This document shows, piece after piece, positions 29,325-44,796 of a DNA stretch of 64,000 nt. How positions within the stretch are numbered: position 1 is the stretch's first letter; each line of letters begins with the position of its first letter. The notes under the pieces are model-generated. The model made no database searches, was not told where the DNA came from, and was given only the letters and a program-made list of their open reading frames with translations. The translations under genes and the position numbers were made by a program. The DNA lies in contig CAWJET010000001.1 of the NCBI GenBank assembly GCA_963842085.1, positions 2,080,001 to 2,144,000 of the forward strand. Direction: 5' to 3'. The DNA is from an uncultured delta proteobacterium. Its GTDB lineage: Bacteria > Desulfobacterota > Binatia > Binatales > Binataceae.

Positions 29325-32300
29325 ATCCTTCGCGCCCGTTCATACTGCGGCCGGTTGCGACCTCGCTGCTGATGGTCGGACTGATGCTGGCGGGGCTCGT
29401 TGCCTACGAACAACTGCCCGTGTCGGCGCTGCCGCAGGTGGACTATCCGACCATCCAGGTCATGACGTTCTACCCGGGCGCGAGTCCGGACGTAATGGCG
29501 TCATCGGTAACGGCGCCGCTCGAACGGCAATTCGGAGAGGTGCCGGGGCTCACGCAGATGACCTCGAACAGCTCGTTCGGCAGCTCGGTCATCACGCTGC
29601 AGTTCGATCTCAACCTGAATATCGACATCGCCGAGCAGGAGGTGCAGGCGGCGATCAACGCAGCCGCGACCTACCTGCCGGCGGATCTGCCGAACCCGCC
29701 CGTTTACAGCAAGACGAATCCGGCCGACGCGCCGATTCTGACGCTGGCGCTGACGTCGAAGGAACTGCCGCTGGACCAGGTCGAAGACCTGGCCGACACG
29801 CGCCTGGCCGAGAAGATCTCGCAACTGCCCGGCGTGGGCCTGGTGAGTATCGGCGGCGGCCAGAAACCTTCGGTCCGCATCCAGGCTAATCCGACCGCGC
29901 TCGCGTCGTACGGTTTGACGCTCGAGGACCTGCGCACGGCGATCGCCAGCGCCAACGTCAACGAGGCCAAGGGCAACTTCGACGGTCGGCAGCAGGCGTA
30001 CACGATCGGCGCCAACGACCAGTTGCTCACGGCCAAGGACTACATGCCGCTGGTCGTCGCGTATCACAACGGCGCTCCGGTCAAGCTGAGCGACGTCGCC
30101 AACGCGATCGACGACGCCGAGAACGTCCAGCAAGCGGCGTGGATGGACCTGACGCCGGCGGTGATCGTCAACGTTCAGCGCCAGCCTGGCGCCAATATCA
30201 TCGCGGTCGTGGACCGGATCAAGGCCCTGATGCCGCGTTTGCAGGCCTCGCTGCCGTCGTCAGTGAAGGTCTCGATCCTGACCGATCGCACCACCACCAT
30301 TCGCGCGTCGGTAGAGGACGTGCAGTTCGAGCTGATGCTGACGGTAGCGCTGGTGGTGATGGTCATCTTCCTGTTTCTGCGCAGCCTGTCGGCGACCATC
30401 ATTCCCAGCATCGCGGTTCCGCTCTCGCTGATCGGAACGTTCGGCGTGATGTACCTGCTCGGCTACAGCCTCGACAACCTGTCGCTGATGGCGCTTACGA
30501 TCTCGACCGGCTTCGTGGTTGACGACGCGATCGTGATGATCGAAAACATCTCGCGCTTCATCGAGGAAGGCGACGCGCCGCTGACGGCCGCGCTCAAGGG
30601 CGCCGAGCAGATCGGCTTCACGATTATGTCGCTGACCATTTCGCTGATCGCGGTGCTGATTCCGCTGCTGTTCATGGGCGATATCGTCGGCCGCTTGTTC
30701 CGCGAGTTCGCGGTCACCCTCGCGGTGACGATCCTGATGTCCGCGGTGGTTTCGCTGACGCTGACGCCGATGATGTGCGCGAAGCTGCTGCGGCATACGC
30801 CCGAGCGCGAGCAGACGTGGTTCTACCGCAGGTCGGAAAAGGTATTCGACGACACCATCGGATTTTACGGCCGGACGCTCGAATGGGTTCTCGAGCACGA
30901 AACCGAAACGCTGATGGTCGCGATTGCCACGCTGGTCCTGACGATCGTGCTCTACATCGTCGTGCCCAAAGGATTCTTCCCGGTGCAGGACACCGGCGTT
31001 ATTCAAGGCGTTTCCGAAGCGCCGCAGACCGTATCGTTCGCCGCGATGGTGCGCGGGCAGCAGGCTTTGGCACGGATCATTTTGCAGGACCCGGCGGTCG
31101 AGAGCCTGTCGTCATTTGTCGGGATCGATGGCACCAACACCACGATTAACAGCGGACGGATACTGATCAATCTGAAACCCCTCGAACAGCGCAAGGTGGA
31201 CATCAGCACGGTCATCGACCGCTTGCGACCCAAGCTGGCGACCGTAAATGGGATGACGCTCTTTTTGCAGCCGGTGCAGGACCTGACGGTCGAAGACCGC
31301 GTCAGCCGGACGCAGTATCAGTACAGCCTCGAAGATCCGAACGCCGCCGAACTGAATCTCTGGACCGCGAAGCTGGTGGACCAGCTCAAGACCATCCCCG
31401 CGCTGCGCAACATCGCCACCGACCAGCAGAACGACGGCCAGCAGGAGCATATCGTCATCGATCGGCTGACGGCTTCGCGCCTGGGTATCTCGCCCAATCT
31501 GATCGACAACACCCTCTACGACGCCTTCGGACAGCGGCAGGTGTCGACGATTTTCACGCAGTTGAACCAGTATCACGTGGTGCTCGAAGTGGCGCCGGAG
31601 TTTCAACGCAGTCCGCACGCGCTTGACGACATCTATATTCGCTCGAACACCGGCGGCGAGGTGCCGCTGAGCGCCTTTACCCACTTCGAGGCGGGCCCGT
31701 CGCCGCTGGTCGTCAACCACGAGGGCCAGTTCCCGGCGGTTACGATCTCGTTCGACCTGGCGCCGGGCTACTCGCTGGGCGACGCGGTCACCGCGATCGA
31801 CAATGCGCGCCAGGAAATCGGAATGCCCGAAAGTATCGCGGCTTCGTTCCAGGGCACCGCGGCGGCGTTTCGGGCGTCGTTGACCAACGAACCGCTGCTG
31901 ATCCTGGCGGCCCTGGTCACCGTGTATATCGTGCTCGGAGTTCTGTACGAGAGTTATATCCACCCGATCACGATTCTCTCGACCCTGCCGTCGGCGGGCG
32001 TCGGCGCGATCCTGGCCCTGATGATCTGCGGTCAGGATCTAAACGTGATCGCCCTCATCGGTATCATCCTGCTGATAGGTATCGTCAAGAAGAACGCGAT
32101 CATGATGATCGACTTTGCGCTTGAAGCTCAGCGCAAGAACGGCAAGCCGCCGCGCGAGGCGATCTTCCAGGCCTGCCTGCTGCGCTTTAGGCCGATCATG
32201 ATGACCACGATGGCGGCGCTGCTCGGCGGATTGCCGCTCGCGCTGGGAACGGGCGTCGGCTCCGAGTTGCGCCGCCCGCTCGGCATCGCGATCGTTGGTG

Positions 32301-32433
32301 GTCTGCTGGTGAGCCAGGTGCTCACGCTTTACACGACGCCGGTGATTTTCCTGACCTTCGACCGCATGGCGGCGCGATTTGCCAAGTGGCGGGCAAAGAA
32401 TGTCGTTCCGGAAACCGTTCCGGCTCAAGCCTC

Positions 32434-32437
<4 letters not shown>
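29321..32437 (+). CDS. mdtB: RND efflux permease MdtB/MuxB
   Basis: [37 protein letters not shown]; overlaps mdtA stop. Confidence 0.92.
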
Positions 32438-35559
<3,122 letters not shown>

Positions 35560-35583
35560 CTAGCGGGTCCATTAGCCAATTCA

Positions 35584-37026
35584 CTAGCTACTTAGTAAGG
35601 ACGGCGGGTGCTTGGTCACCCAGTTGCTTGCTTGATCGTACGCGTGCGCGAGCTGCATGCAGGCCAGCTCGGCATGATTTGGGCCCACAATCTGGATGCC
35701 CATCGGCAGTCCGCGATCGTTGAAGCCGGCCGGCACGCTGAGCGCCGGGCAGCCCGACATCGAGATCGGAATCATCACTTCCATCCAGCGGTGGTAAGTG
35801 TCCATCGAGACGCCGCCGACCTCCTTAGGCCAATGTATCGACGCGTCGAACGGGAAGACCTGGCCGGCGGGCGCGATCATGAAATCGTACTTCTCGAAAA
35901 ATCTGCGCACCGCCTGGTACCACGCCGTGCGCACGACGTTCGCGTCCACGATTTCGAACGCGCTGGCTTTGAGGCCGTTATCGATCTCCCATTGCAGCTC
36001 CGGTTTCATCAACGCGCACTTGGCCGGATCGGCGTAGGGCACGCGAAATTCGGCTGCGATTTGCCAGCCGCGAATCTTCCACCAACTCTGCCATAGGGGC
36101 TCCAGCGGATGATCGGGCGTTGCGGCGTCTACCGCGCATCCGAGCGTCTCGAAGACCTTGAGCGAGCGCTCGCAGAGTTCGAGTACGCCGGGATCGAACG
36201 GAATCTGCCCGCCGAAATCGCCGACCCACCCGAGGCGCGTTCCTTTGAAGTCGCGCTCGAGCGGTCCTGCAAACTCGGCGGGATCCTGGCGAATCGAAAG
36301 CGGCGTACGCGCGTCGTATCCGGCGATCACCGACAGAAACATCGCAAGATCAGGCATTGTCCGCGCCATCGGGCCGTGCACCGAAATCGATGGGATGAAG
36401 ACCTCGTTGAACAGCGACGGCACCCGGCCGAATGAAGTTCGGAACCCGAACACGTTGTTGAACGCGGCCGGATTTCGCAGCGAGCCGCCGTTGTCGCTGC
36501 CGTCGGCCACCGGCGCCATCCTGAGCGCGAGCGCGACGGCCGCGCCGCCGCTGCTGCCGCCGCACGTCTTCGATTGGTCGTAGGCGTTGAGCGTAGTGCC
36601 AAAGACGGGATTGTAGCTTTGCGAGCCCAGACCAAACTCCGGCACATTCGTTTTCCCGATAATGATGGCGCCGGCGCGCCGGATTCGCTCGACCATGATC
36701 GAGTCCTCGCGCGGAACAAAATTCTCGAACAGCGGCGAACCCATCGTGGTGCGGATGCCGCGGGTCGGCTCCAGATCCTTGACCGCATGCGGGAAGCCGT
36801 GCATCCAGCCGAGATGCTCTCCGCGTGCAATTTGCGCGTCGCGCTCAGTGGCTTGCTTGATGAGATCCTCGCGCGGCTGAAGCGAGACGATCGCATTGAC
36901 GCGCGGGTTCACGCGCTCGACGTGCTCGAGGTACGCGTCCATCACTTCGACGCACGAGACCTGCTTCCTCTTGATCGCGCGCGAAAGCGCGACCGCGTCG
37001 AGCATTACGATTTCCGGCGTGCTCAC
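35584..37026 (-). CDS. Amidase (amidase signature family)
   Basis: GKTNVPEFG, GGSSGG, GSDNGGSLRNPA; GTG start overlaps upstream stop (GTGA). Confidence 0.9.
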   Translation of the reverse strand: MSTPEIVMLDAVALSRAIKRKQVSCVEVMDAYLEHVERVNPRVNAIVSLQPREDLIKQATERDAQIARGEHLGWMHGFPHAVKDLEPTRGIRTTMGSPLFENFVPREDSIMVERIRRAGAIIIGKTNVPEFGLGSQSYNPVFGTTLNAYDQSKTCGGSSGGAAVALALRMAPVADGSDNGGSLRNPAAFNNVFGFRTSFGRVPSLFNEVFIPSISVHGPMARTMPDLAMFLSVIAGYDARTPLSIRQDPAEFAGPLERDFKGTRLGWVGDFGGQIPFDPGVLELCERSLKVFETLGCAVDAATPDHPLEPLWQSWWKIRGWQIAAEFRVPYADPAKCALMKPELQWEIDNGLKASAFEIVDANVVRTAWYQAVRRFFEKYDFMIAPAGQVFPFDASIHWPKEVGGVSMDTYHRWMEVMIPISMSGCPALSVPAGFNDRGLPMGIQIVGPNHAELACMQLAHAYDQASNWVTKHPPSLLSS

Positions 37027-38096
37027 GATTTCGTTTTGGCGGTCTCGCACTTCTGCGCGACGTCCCATCCAATCCTGGCCGTCAGTTTCGCCCTGGAGCC
37101 CCGTAATTCTGCGTCGGGACCGCTGGCGTTACCGAGTTTCGCGCGCATCGCAATTCCCTGCGAGATCGCGGCGCCGCGAAAAAACGAGAACGCGACGAAG
37201 AACATCAAATTGGGGGCGCTGGCGCGGCCGACGCGGCGGCAGTATGCGGCGATGAATTCTTTCTCGCTCGGAATTCCATGCGCCTTCAGGTCGATGCCTT
37301 GAAAACTCAACACGCCGTCGATGCCGGGCGGGCAATGATAAGCGCGGCAAGCCCACGCCAGGTCGCCCAGCGGATGCCCGAGCGTCGACAGCTCCCAGTC
37401 AAGCACCGCGACCACGCGCGGCTCGACTGGATGAAACACGATGTTCTCCATGCGGTAGTCGCCGTGCGCGATCGTCGTCTCGTCGGCCGCGGGGATATTG
37501 CGCCCGAGCCATTCGATCAGCCGATCCATCTCGGGAATCTCGTCGATTTTCGAGGCTTCGTACTGCTTGGACCAGCGCGCAAGCTGACGCGCGACGTACG
37601 CTTCGGGCCGGCCGTAGTCGCCCAGGCCCACCGCGCGAAAGTCGACCTTGTGCAGCCGCGCGAGCACGTCGTTCATCGAGTCGTAGCACGCCGAGCGCTC
37701 TTGCGGGCTCGAGTCGGGCATCATCGGATCGCGCATGATGCGCCCCTCGACAAAGTCCATCACGAAGAATGCGGTGCCGATAACGCCGGCGTCCGCGCAC
37801 AGCAGGTGCACGCGCGGGACCGGCACATCGGTCGCCGCCAGCGCCTTGATGATTCGAAATTCGCGTTCGACCTGATGAGCAGACGGGAGCAGCGTGCCCG
37901 GCGGTTTCTTGCGCATCACGAAGCGCGCGTCCGGCGTCTCGAGCAGGAAGGTGGGATTCGACTGTCCGCCGACGAACTGTCGAACCGCAAGCGGGCCGCG
38001 AAAATCTGCCATCCGCTCGCTCAGATAGCGTTCGAGACGGGCTTCATCGAAACGATGATTGGGGCGGACCGCTGTAACATCGTCCTCGAGAGGCAT
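37023..38096 (-). CDS. Phosphotransferase family protein (APH/ACAD10-11 N-terminal-like)
   Basis: GGQSNPTF, LPSAHQVERE, HGDYRMEN, VLDWELSTLGHP. Confidence 0.9.
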   Translation of the reverse strand: MPLEDDVTAVRPNHRFDEARLERYLSERMADFRGPLAVRQFVGGQSNPTFLLETPDARFVMRKKPPGTLLPSAHQVEREFRIIKALAATDVPVPRVHLLCADAGVIGTAFFVMDFVEGRIMRDPMMPDSSPQERSACYDSMNDVLARLHKVDFRAVGLGDYGRPEAYVARQLARWSKQYEASKIDEIPEMDRLIEWLGRNIPAADETTIAHGDYRMENIVFHPVEPRVVAVLDWELSTLGHPLGDLAWACRAYHCPPGIDGVLSFQGIDLKAHGIPSEKEFIAAYCRRVGRASAPNLMFFVAFSFFRGAAISQGIAMRAKLGNASGPDAELRGSRAKLTARIGWDVAQKCETAKTKS

Positions 38097-38533
38097 CAGT
38101 TCGCGCTCCCGGTCGTCTGAGGTTCCAGCACGCAGCTCTGGATCTCGGTCTGCGCCTTGTCGGTATCGACTGGATTGAGATGCGGTGTGGCCGTCAGGAC
38201 ACCCCATCCAAGTTCCTCTCGTACGTAGTAGGATCGCCGCTCGGTTTGGAATTCGACTTCGTCGGCGGTGTCGGTCTGGATGCTGCAAACGACCTTCTCG
38301 CCGGCCGGAACGATGTAGGCATGATAGCCGCCCGGACCGATCCGCGCTGTGTCCTCGCCGCATGTAACCGCCGGGCGAAGCGCCGATCCCGCGTAACTGT
38401 AAGGCCGGTAAACGTAAATCACCGCGGTGCCCGGAGGTGACGTGATTTTTTCAAATGATTGTCCCTGGGCGGCGCATCCGATTGCGACGGTGCCGACGAT
38501 GCCGAGCAAGAATACCAGAAGCCGGCGATTCAT
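38096..38533 (-). CDS. DUF2846-like lipoprotein
   Basis: Lipobox AIGC, AVIYVYRP motif. Confidence 0.75.
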   Translation of the reverse strand: MNRRLLVFLLGIVGTVAIGCAAQGQSFEKITSPPGTAVIYVYRPYSYAGSALRPAVTCGEDTARIGPGGYHAYIVPAGEKVVCSIQTDTADEVEFQTERRSYYVREELGWGVLTATPHLNPVDTDKAQTEIQSCVLEPQTTGSAN

Positions 38534-39129
38534 TGGCCAACTGAAACTGTTGGAGACTTGGCCGCGCTGGCGACGGCCTGCGCCAACCTGGCCTCATCGC
38601 GATAGAGCTTTTGATCGATCCTTTGCCTGACAGCGGCGCGAGCAGCGTCGTCCACCTCCTTGTGGGTGGGCTGCGAGTACATGTTGTACGACTTGGAGAC
38701 GTGCTCCTTGGCAGTGTAGTCGCCGAGTATGGTGTCGCCGGCACTGATCGACAACGACGCAAATGCAGTGGTCCCAATATCGCCGAGCGGAGCACCTACC
38801 AGGTTGGCCGGATCGAGAGCACTGACAATCAGCGGGACGTGATAGTCGTCGTGGGTCAGTTCCTCGCGATAGGTGAATGTCACCGGGGCAGTGTCCGACA
38901 GCGACATCGCGACCGCTGGTGGCAGTTCAGCCGGGTCGCCGGAAAGCAACTTGCCCTTGAATGGCAACGGATGGGCAGGCACGTCGACGACCTTGGGCGC
39001 GATGACAAGTTGCGATTGCGGTTGAGACCCACCGGCCGGTTGCGCTTGCGATTGAGCCGGTTGCTGTGCGCTGCATCCGAACGCGGCGGTCGCGGCAAAA
39101 AGCGTCGCTAGAGCAAGTATATGTCTCAT
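38530..39129 (-). CDS. Lipoprotein of unknown function
   Basis: MRHILALATLFAATAAFGC lipobox; ATGA-coupled to downstream gene. Confidence 0.7.
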   Translation of the reverse strand: MRHILALATLFAATAAFGCSAQQPAQSQAQPAGGSQPQSQLVIAPKVVDVPAHPLPFKGKLLSGDPAELPPAVAMSLSDTAPVTFTYREELTHDDYHVPLIVSALDPANLVGAPLGDIGTTAFASLSISAGDTILGDYTAKEHVSKSYNMYSQPTHKEVDDAARAAVRQRIDQKLYRDEARLAQAVASAAKSPTVSVGQ

Positions 39130-39210
39130 GACCTGGCGGCGTCGCGAGCCGGGTATTAAGGACTCACAACCTCGAAACGCCATGCGTCAATAGTATCAGA
39201 AAATTTTGCG

Positions 39211-39885
39211 CTACTTTATGATGCCGCTGGCGACGTAAACGGTGCCGCCGAGCATCTGCTCTACCTTAAGGTCTGACAGCATCGGCTCGAGATGGCTCCA
39301 CGGGTGCGCGAGGCCCTCGAGCGTGCTGGTGGATCGCAAGGCGGCGTTCCACACGAACAGGTTCAGCGGCATCGTTCGGAGGGGAGCCCACTTGAGGCCG
39401 GCCGCGACGACTCGCGCGCCCGGTTTGAGGTGGCTGCGGACGTTGGCGAGCGCGCGCGGCGTGCGCATTATGTCGTGCGTGAAATGAAACAGCGCAGCGT
39501 CGGCGGCGAACGGTATAGCTGCTTCCTCGACCGAGGCCGAGATGAGCGTGACGTTCTTCCAGTTGTTCTCAGCCGCCCGCGCGCGCGCCCGCTCGAGCAT
39601 CTCGGGGCTCTGTTCGATTCCAACGAGCGAGCCTTCCGGCCCGACCAGGCCTTCCAGGGCCGAAAAACTCAGCCCGGTGCCACAGCCGACATCCAGCACC
39701 CGGTAGCCTTTTTTCAGACCCAGCAGATCGATAGTGCGTTGCCGAAGGGGTTCGAACAACAAGAGCTCGAGATCGTAGATGCGCGCGCGCGAGCGATACT
39801 GGCGCAGCGCCGTGGAGCGGTTCGGCGTCAGCCAGCGCATGAGCCGTTGAAACGGTTGCGAGCGGTCGTCGGGAGGGCGGTCCAC
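39211..39885 (-). CDS. Class I SAM-dependent methyltransferase
   Basis: VLDVGCGTG motif I; GIEQSPEML. Confidence 0.88.
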   Translation of the reverse strand: MDRPPDDRSQPFQRLMRWLTPNRSTALRQYRSRARIYDLELLLFEPLRQRTIDLLGLKKGYRVLDVGCGTGLSFSALEGLVGPEGSLVGIEQSPEMLERARARAAENNWKNVTLISASVEEAAIPFAADAALFHFTHDIMRTPRALANVRSHLKPGARVVAAGLKWAPLRTMPLNLFVWNAALRSTSTLEGLAHPWSHLEPMLSDLKVEQMLGGTVYVASGIIK

Positions 39886-40114
39886 GTTCGATGCCTCGCA
39901 TTAGGGAGTATCACGAAAGCGCGCCAACGTCCTGCGCACGGCGGGGTCTCCGCTCCGGTCGGAGATGACGAAAACTCAAGCGTTAAACGGGGTTGAACCT
40001 GGTCGGCTTTGCGAGATTCGCTCGCGATTACCCAAAACGTATGATTGGCGCTCAAGCGGACGGCTTGTCTGGATGGATACGCCGGCTGCAGCCCAATTTT
40101 GAGGGAGTTAGACG

Positions 40115-40510
40115 ATGTTCGTAGTCGGGGACCGGATGACGCGAAAAGTCGTAACTGTGAAGCCGACCGATACACTGGCTGCCGCGGCAGCCAAGATGAA
40201 GGCGGGAAAATTTCGCCGGACTCCGGTCGTCGAGGCAAATAAACTGGTCGGAATCGTGAGTGAATTTGACCTGAAGCGCTACGCGGACGCGCTCGACTCG
40301 ACGCTGGTCGAATCCGCGATGACGCGCGACCCGATCACCGTGATGCCCTCGGAAACTCCGGAACACGCGGCCGCCCTGATGCGCCAGCATGAGGTCGGTG
40401 CCCTGCCGGTTATCCACGGAGGCAGGCTCGCCGGCATTGTGACCGCAAAAGACCTTGCGATGCCCGAGCCGCGGCCGATGCCTGAATGGGATCCGCGCAA
40501 GCGCCGCTGA
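40115..40510 (+). CDS. CBS domain protein
   Basis: Two CBS repeats (LVGIVSEFDL, LAGIVTAKDL); GAGGGAG RBS. Confidence 0.9.
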   Translation: MFVVGDRMTRKVVTVKPTDTLAAAAAKMKAGKFRRTPVVEANKLVGIVSEFDLKRYADALDSTLVESAMTRDPITVMPSETPEHAAALMRQHEVGALPVIHGGRLAGIVTAKDLAMPEPRPMPEWDPRKRR

Positions 40511-40722
40511 AGAGGACACCGCGAACGATGCGAGCCTAACTAATCCCTGGCCCCTTCCCAAGCGGCAAGATGCGAAATCGGGTTTATCCTTAGGCAATTC
40601 TACGCTAGCGTGGCGATCTGCCAGTTAATGGCCGTTTGTACAGACTGGCATGATTAAATGCTGCGTGTTACAAGACGGGGCAGTCCTTCGTCGCATCGTT
40701 GAACGACGCTGGATAGTGGGTT

Positions 40723-43700
40723 ATGGGGAATCGCATTCGGGTTATAGCGATTGCGCTGGCAATTGGCGGGTTGACTGTGTGCATTCTGCCGATCTCGGCG
40801 CGCCCCCTTGCCGGCGCAGCGTCCGCGCCAGCTCAAATTACAGAGCCGATTAACGACAACGACGTTATCCCGGTCCCGGGGAATGTCCCTCCCGAGGCGA
40901 CGGCCGCGAACGATCGCGGTCGGGTGGCCGACGATTTCCCGCTGGACCATCTGCTTCTCCAACTGCGGCGCTCGCCACAACGCGAGCGCGAACTGGAGCA
41001 ATTGCTTGGCGAGCTCGAGGATCCAAATTCGCCGAATTACCACCATTGGCTGACCGCGCAGGATTTCGGAAGTCGTTTCGGCGCAAGCACGCTGGATATC
41101 GACACGATTACCGCGTGGCTTCGAGCACATGGATTCGGGTGAATTACGTCTATCCGAGCGGAATGTTGATCGATTTTTCGGGGAACGCCGGATCGATACG
41201 CCAGGCTTTCCACACCAAGATTCATATGTTGTCCGTAAACGGCAAGAGTCATTTCGCCAATATGAGCGATCCCAATATTCCGGCTGCGCTCGCGCCAGCG
41301 CTGGCAGGGGTAGTGTCGCTCAACGATTTCCGGCCGCACCCGATGTATCGGCGGCGCACGGACTACACGACCAGCAGCGGCTACCAGCTGGTGGTGCCCG
41401 CCGACCTGGCGACCATCTATGACTTCAATCCGCTATTCGCCGCGGGATATTCGGGCCAGGGACAGACAATCGTAACGGTCGAGGACACCAACCTTTACAC
41501 TACTGCAGACTGGACAACGTTCCGCAGCGACTTCGGCCTTAGCACCGCATATCCGTCCGCCACCTTGACGCAGATTCATCCCGCGCCCGGGACCGGAGGC
41601 ACCTGCACCAATCCTGGAGTCAATGGCGATGACGGCGAAGCTGCAATTGATGTCGAGTGGGCGAGCGCGGCGGCGCCCAACGCCGCGATCGAGCTGGCGT
41701 CATGCGCAGATACGAGCACGAACTTTGGCGGCTTCATCGCGTTGCAAAATCTGCTCAGCGAGTCCGGCACGCCGCCTGCGATCGTGAGCATCAGCTACGG
41801 CGAGGCCGAGGCGGAGCTGGGCGCAACCACCAACCTGTACATTAGCGGACTGTATCAGCAGGCGGTCGCCGAGGGCGTGTCAGTATTCGTGTCGTCGGGC
41901 GACGAGTGCGCGGCCAGCGCTGACGCGGACGCGTCGGTGGCGACGCACGGCATCGCAGTCAGCGGATTCACGTCCACGCCGTATAACGTGTCGGTGGGCG
42001 GCACGGATTTCGGCGACGCTTACGCGGGTACGGCAAATAGCTATTGGAGTTCGAAGAACGGTTCTACATACGGATCGGCGCTGTCCTATGTTCCAGAAAT
42101 CCCCTGGAATGACTCGTGCGCGAGCGAGCTGATCGCCGACTACCTTTTTGTCAACGACGATATTGGTGACGGTTTCACTTATGGCTCAAGCGGCTTGTGC
42201 AACACTTCGACCGGCAAAGACGATTTCCTGACCACCGCCTCTGGGAGCGGAGGACCGAGCGGATGCGCCACCGGAGCACCTTCCACCCAATATGTCGTAA
42301 GCGGAAGCTGCGCCGGTTACCCCAAACCCACGTGGCAATCGATTTTTGGCAATCCCGCCGATGGAGTGAGAGACATTCCTGACGTGTCTCTGTTCGCGGC
42401 GAACGGAATATGGGGGCACTACTACGTGGTCTGCTATTCGGATACGAGATATGGGGGCGCGTCGTGCTCGGGAGCGCCCGATACCTGGGCCGGATTCGGT
42501 GGGACGTCGATTTCGTCGCCGATCATGGCGGGAATACAGGCGCTCATCAATCAGCGAACCGCCAGCCGTAATGGAAACCCGAATCCAACCTACTATTCGC
42601 TCGCCGCTGCCGAGTATGGAGTCAGTGGCGATTCTGCCTGCAATTCGAGCCTGGGGAACGCGGTCGATCCATCGTGCATCTTCTATGACGTCACGCTCGG
42701 TGACATGGACGTCGATTGCACGGGCAATAACAACTGCTACACACCGTCGGGCACCTACGGAGTCTTGTCAACGTCCAATTCCGAGCTTCAGACCGCGTAC
42801 GGGGCCGGGCTCGGCTGGGACTTTGCCACCGGAATCGGCACTGTCAACGCGAATAATTTGGTGATGGCATTTGGCTCGCCGGTAGCCACCACAACTCCAA
42901 CGGCGACCTCGAGCCGGACGCCGACGGCCACTCCGACCGCGACCGCAACAGCAACGGCTACGCGGAGCGCGACGGCGACGCCGACGAAGACTGCGACGGC
43001 GACCTCGACGCGTACTGCCACGGCGACAGCGACCTCGACGCCTACTGCCACGGCGACAGCTACTGCAACTCCGACCGCATCGTCAACGGCAACACCGACT
43101 GCGACCGCAACCCAAACCGCCACGGTAACCGCGACTCGCACTGCCACCGCGACGGCGACGCCGACGAAGACTGCGACGGCGACTGCGACACAAACTGCAA
43201 CCGCGACCGCGACCGCAACTCCGACATCGACCGCGACGCCGACCGCCACGGCTACATCGACGGCGACTTCGACTGCCACCGTGACGGCAACTCAGACGGC
43301 GACATCGACGGCCACGGCAACTTCAACGCCTACCCCAACCGCGACTGCGACGACGACCGCAACGACGACCGCAACGTCGACCGCAACGACAACCGCAACT
43401 GCGACGGCAACTCCGACTGCGACAGGTACTGTCACACCGACTGCGACCGCAACTCCGACCTCGACATCAAGTGCGACGCCGACCGCCACGGCTACATCAA
43501 CAGCGACTTCAACTCCCACCGTGACGGCAACGGCGACCGCAACTCAGACCTCGACACCGACGGCCACGGCAACGTCGACGCCTACCGCGACCCGCACCGC
43601 GACAGCCACGCCGACCGCAACTTCGACCGCGACAGCTACGGCAACTCCGACTGCTACGGCCACTCAGACTGCGACCGCAACCGCGACGAGTACCCCGACC

Positions 43701-44737
43701 GCGACGGCTACTGCCACGGCGACTTCAACTGCAACCGCGACTGCGACCTCGACCGCAACTGCCACGCCGACCGCGACGCCGACTACCACAATGTCGGTGA
43801 CCTCCTCGCTGTCATCCGGCAAGGTTGCCGTTGGCCAGACGGTTACCAAGACTCTGACGGTCAAAAACACCGGGGCGGCGCATTCGCTGGTCATCTCAAA
43901 TGCGGTATCGTCCGACCCGGCGGAATTTGCCCTAAGCGACACGGGGACATGCGGTGCAATTCCGGTGACGGTCGCACCCAAAGGTTCATGCCGGCTTGCG
44001 GTCGCATTTACGCCGAACGCGGTCGGCGCGCGTAGCGCATCGCTGAAGTTTTTCGACAACGCCACCAACAGCCCGCAGCAGTCGGCGGTCAGCGGCACCG
44101 GCACCGCGGCTCTGGCGATTTCCAAGAGCAGCCTGGCGTTCGGGAGCGTAAAATTCGGTGCCAAGGCGCAGCAGTCATTCAAGGTGACCAATCATCGGAC
44201 ACAGCCGCTGACTCTCGGCGAAAACTTCAGCGGAACGAACGCCGCCGACTTCTCGATAACCGGCGGTACCTGCCGCACGACTCTCGCAGCCAAGAGCGCG
44301 TGTTCGATCGTCGTGACATTCACGCCGGGCGCGCCGGGAACAGAATCGGCGACGCTGTCGCTCTCTGACAGTCCCGACCCACTGAGCCCGCACACGGTCG
44401 CGCTGAGCACCGCGCCGACCATCCCCGCGACGGTACTCCGTCCTCGCTGGCGTTCGGCAAGGTGAAGACAATGTCGAAGACCGAGAACGTGACGCTCACC
44501 AACCTGTCGGGGACTCCGTTACCCATGAGCGAAAGTTTCAGCGGCGCGGTCGCGAGCGATTTTGCAGCGACGGGCAGCACGTGCGCGACAACCGCGGCAG
44601 CAAATTCGACGTGCACGATCGCGGTGATGTTCACGCCAACTCGCCGCGGAAAGGCGGAGCGTGCGAGCATGGCGGTGAGCCTCGGCAGCGATCCGGCCAG
44701 CCCGCATAACATCACCCTGACAGGAACCGGGCCTTGA
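40723..44737 (+). CDS. Secreted S53 (sedolisin/kumamolisin) peptidase with prodomain, Thr/Pro stalk and three Ig-like (ASH/choice-of-anchor-D-like) domains; two apparent frameshifts (~41138, ~44435)
   Basis: Signal + prodomain (SPNYHHWLT..FG), EAAIDVE, SSGD, GGTSISSP, GWDFATGIG; joins track ORFs 40723-41142, 41046-44465 and 44462-44737. Confidence 0.88.
42885..43790 (+). repeat. Thr/Ala/Pro/Ser low-complexity tandem region (~300 codons)
   Basis: TATATPTAT-type iterations, degenerate ACN-GCN codon repeats. Confidence 0.9.
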
Positions 44738-44796
44738 CCTGAGCCCTTGCGTCTTCAGACTGTGCAGGTTGTTCTGGCGGAGGGGGGAGGGAGTCG
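44680..44796 (+). repeat. Direct repeat copy 1 (att-like): end of S53 gene + spacer + 3' 22 nt of tRNA-Sec
   Basis: 117 bp, matches 46779-46895 with one mismatch (44763 t vs 46862 a). Confidence 0.95.

Noticed and set aside
41140-41142. TGA ending the S53 prodomain ORF as a possible Sec codon
   Set aside because: Homology continues in a different frame (VNYVYPSG), so it is a frameshift rather than read-through
42885-43790. Repetitive tract as CRISPR array or satellite
   Set aside because: Codon-phased Thr/Ala repeats within an ORF; no repeat-spacer structure or cas genes
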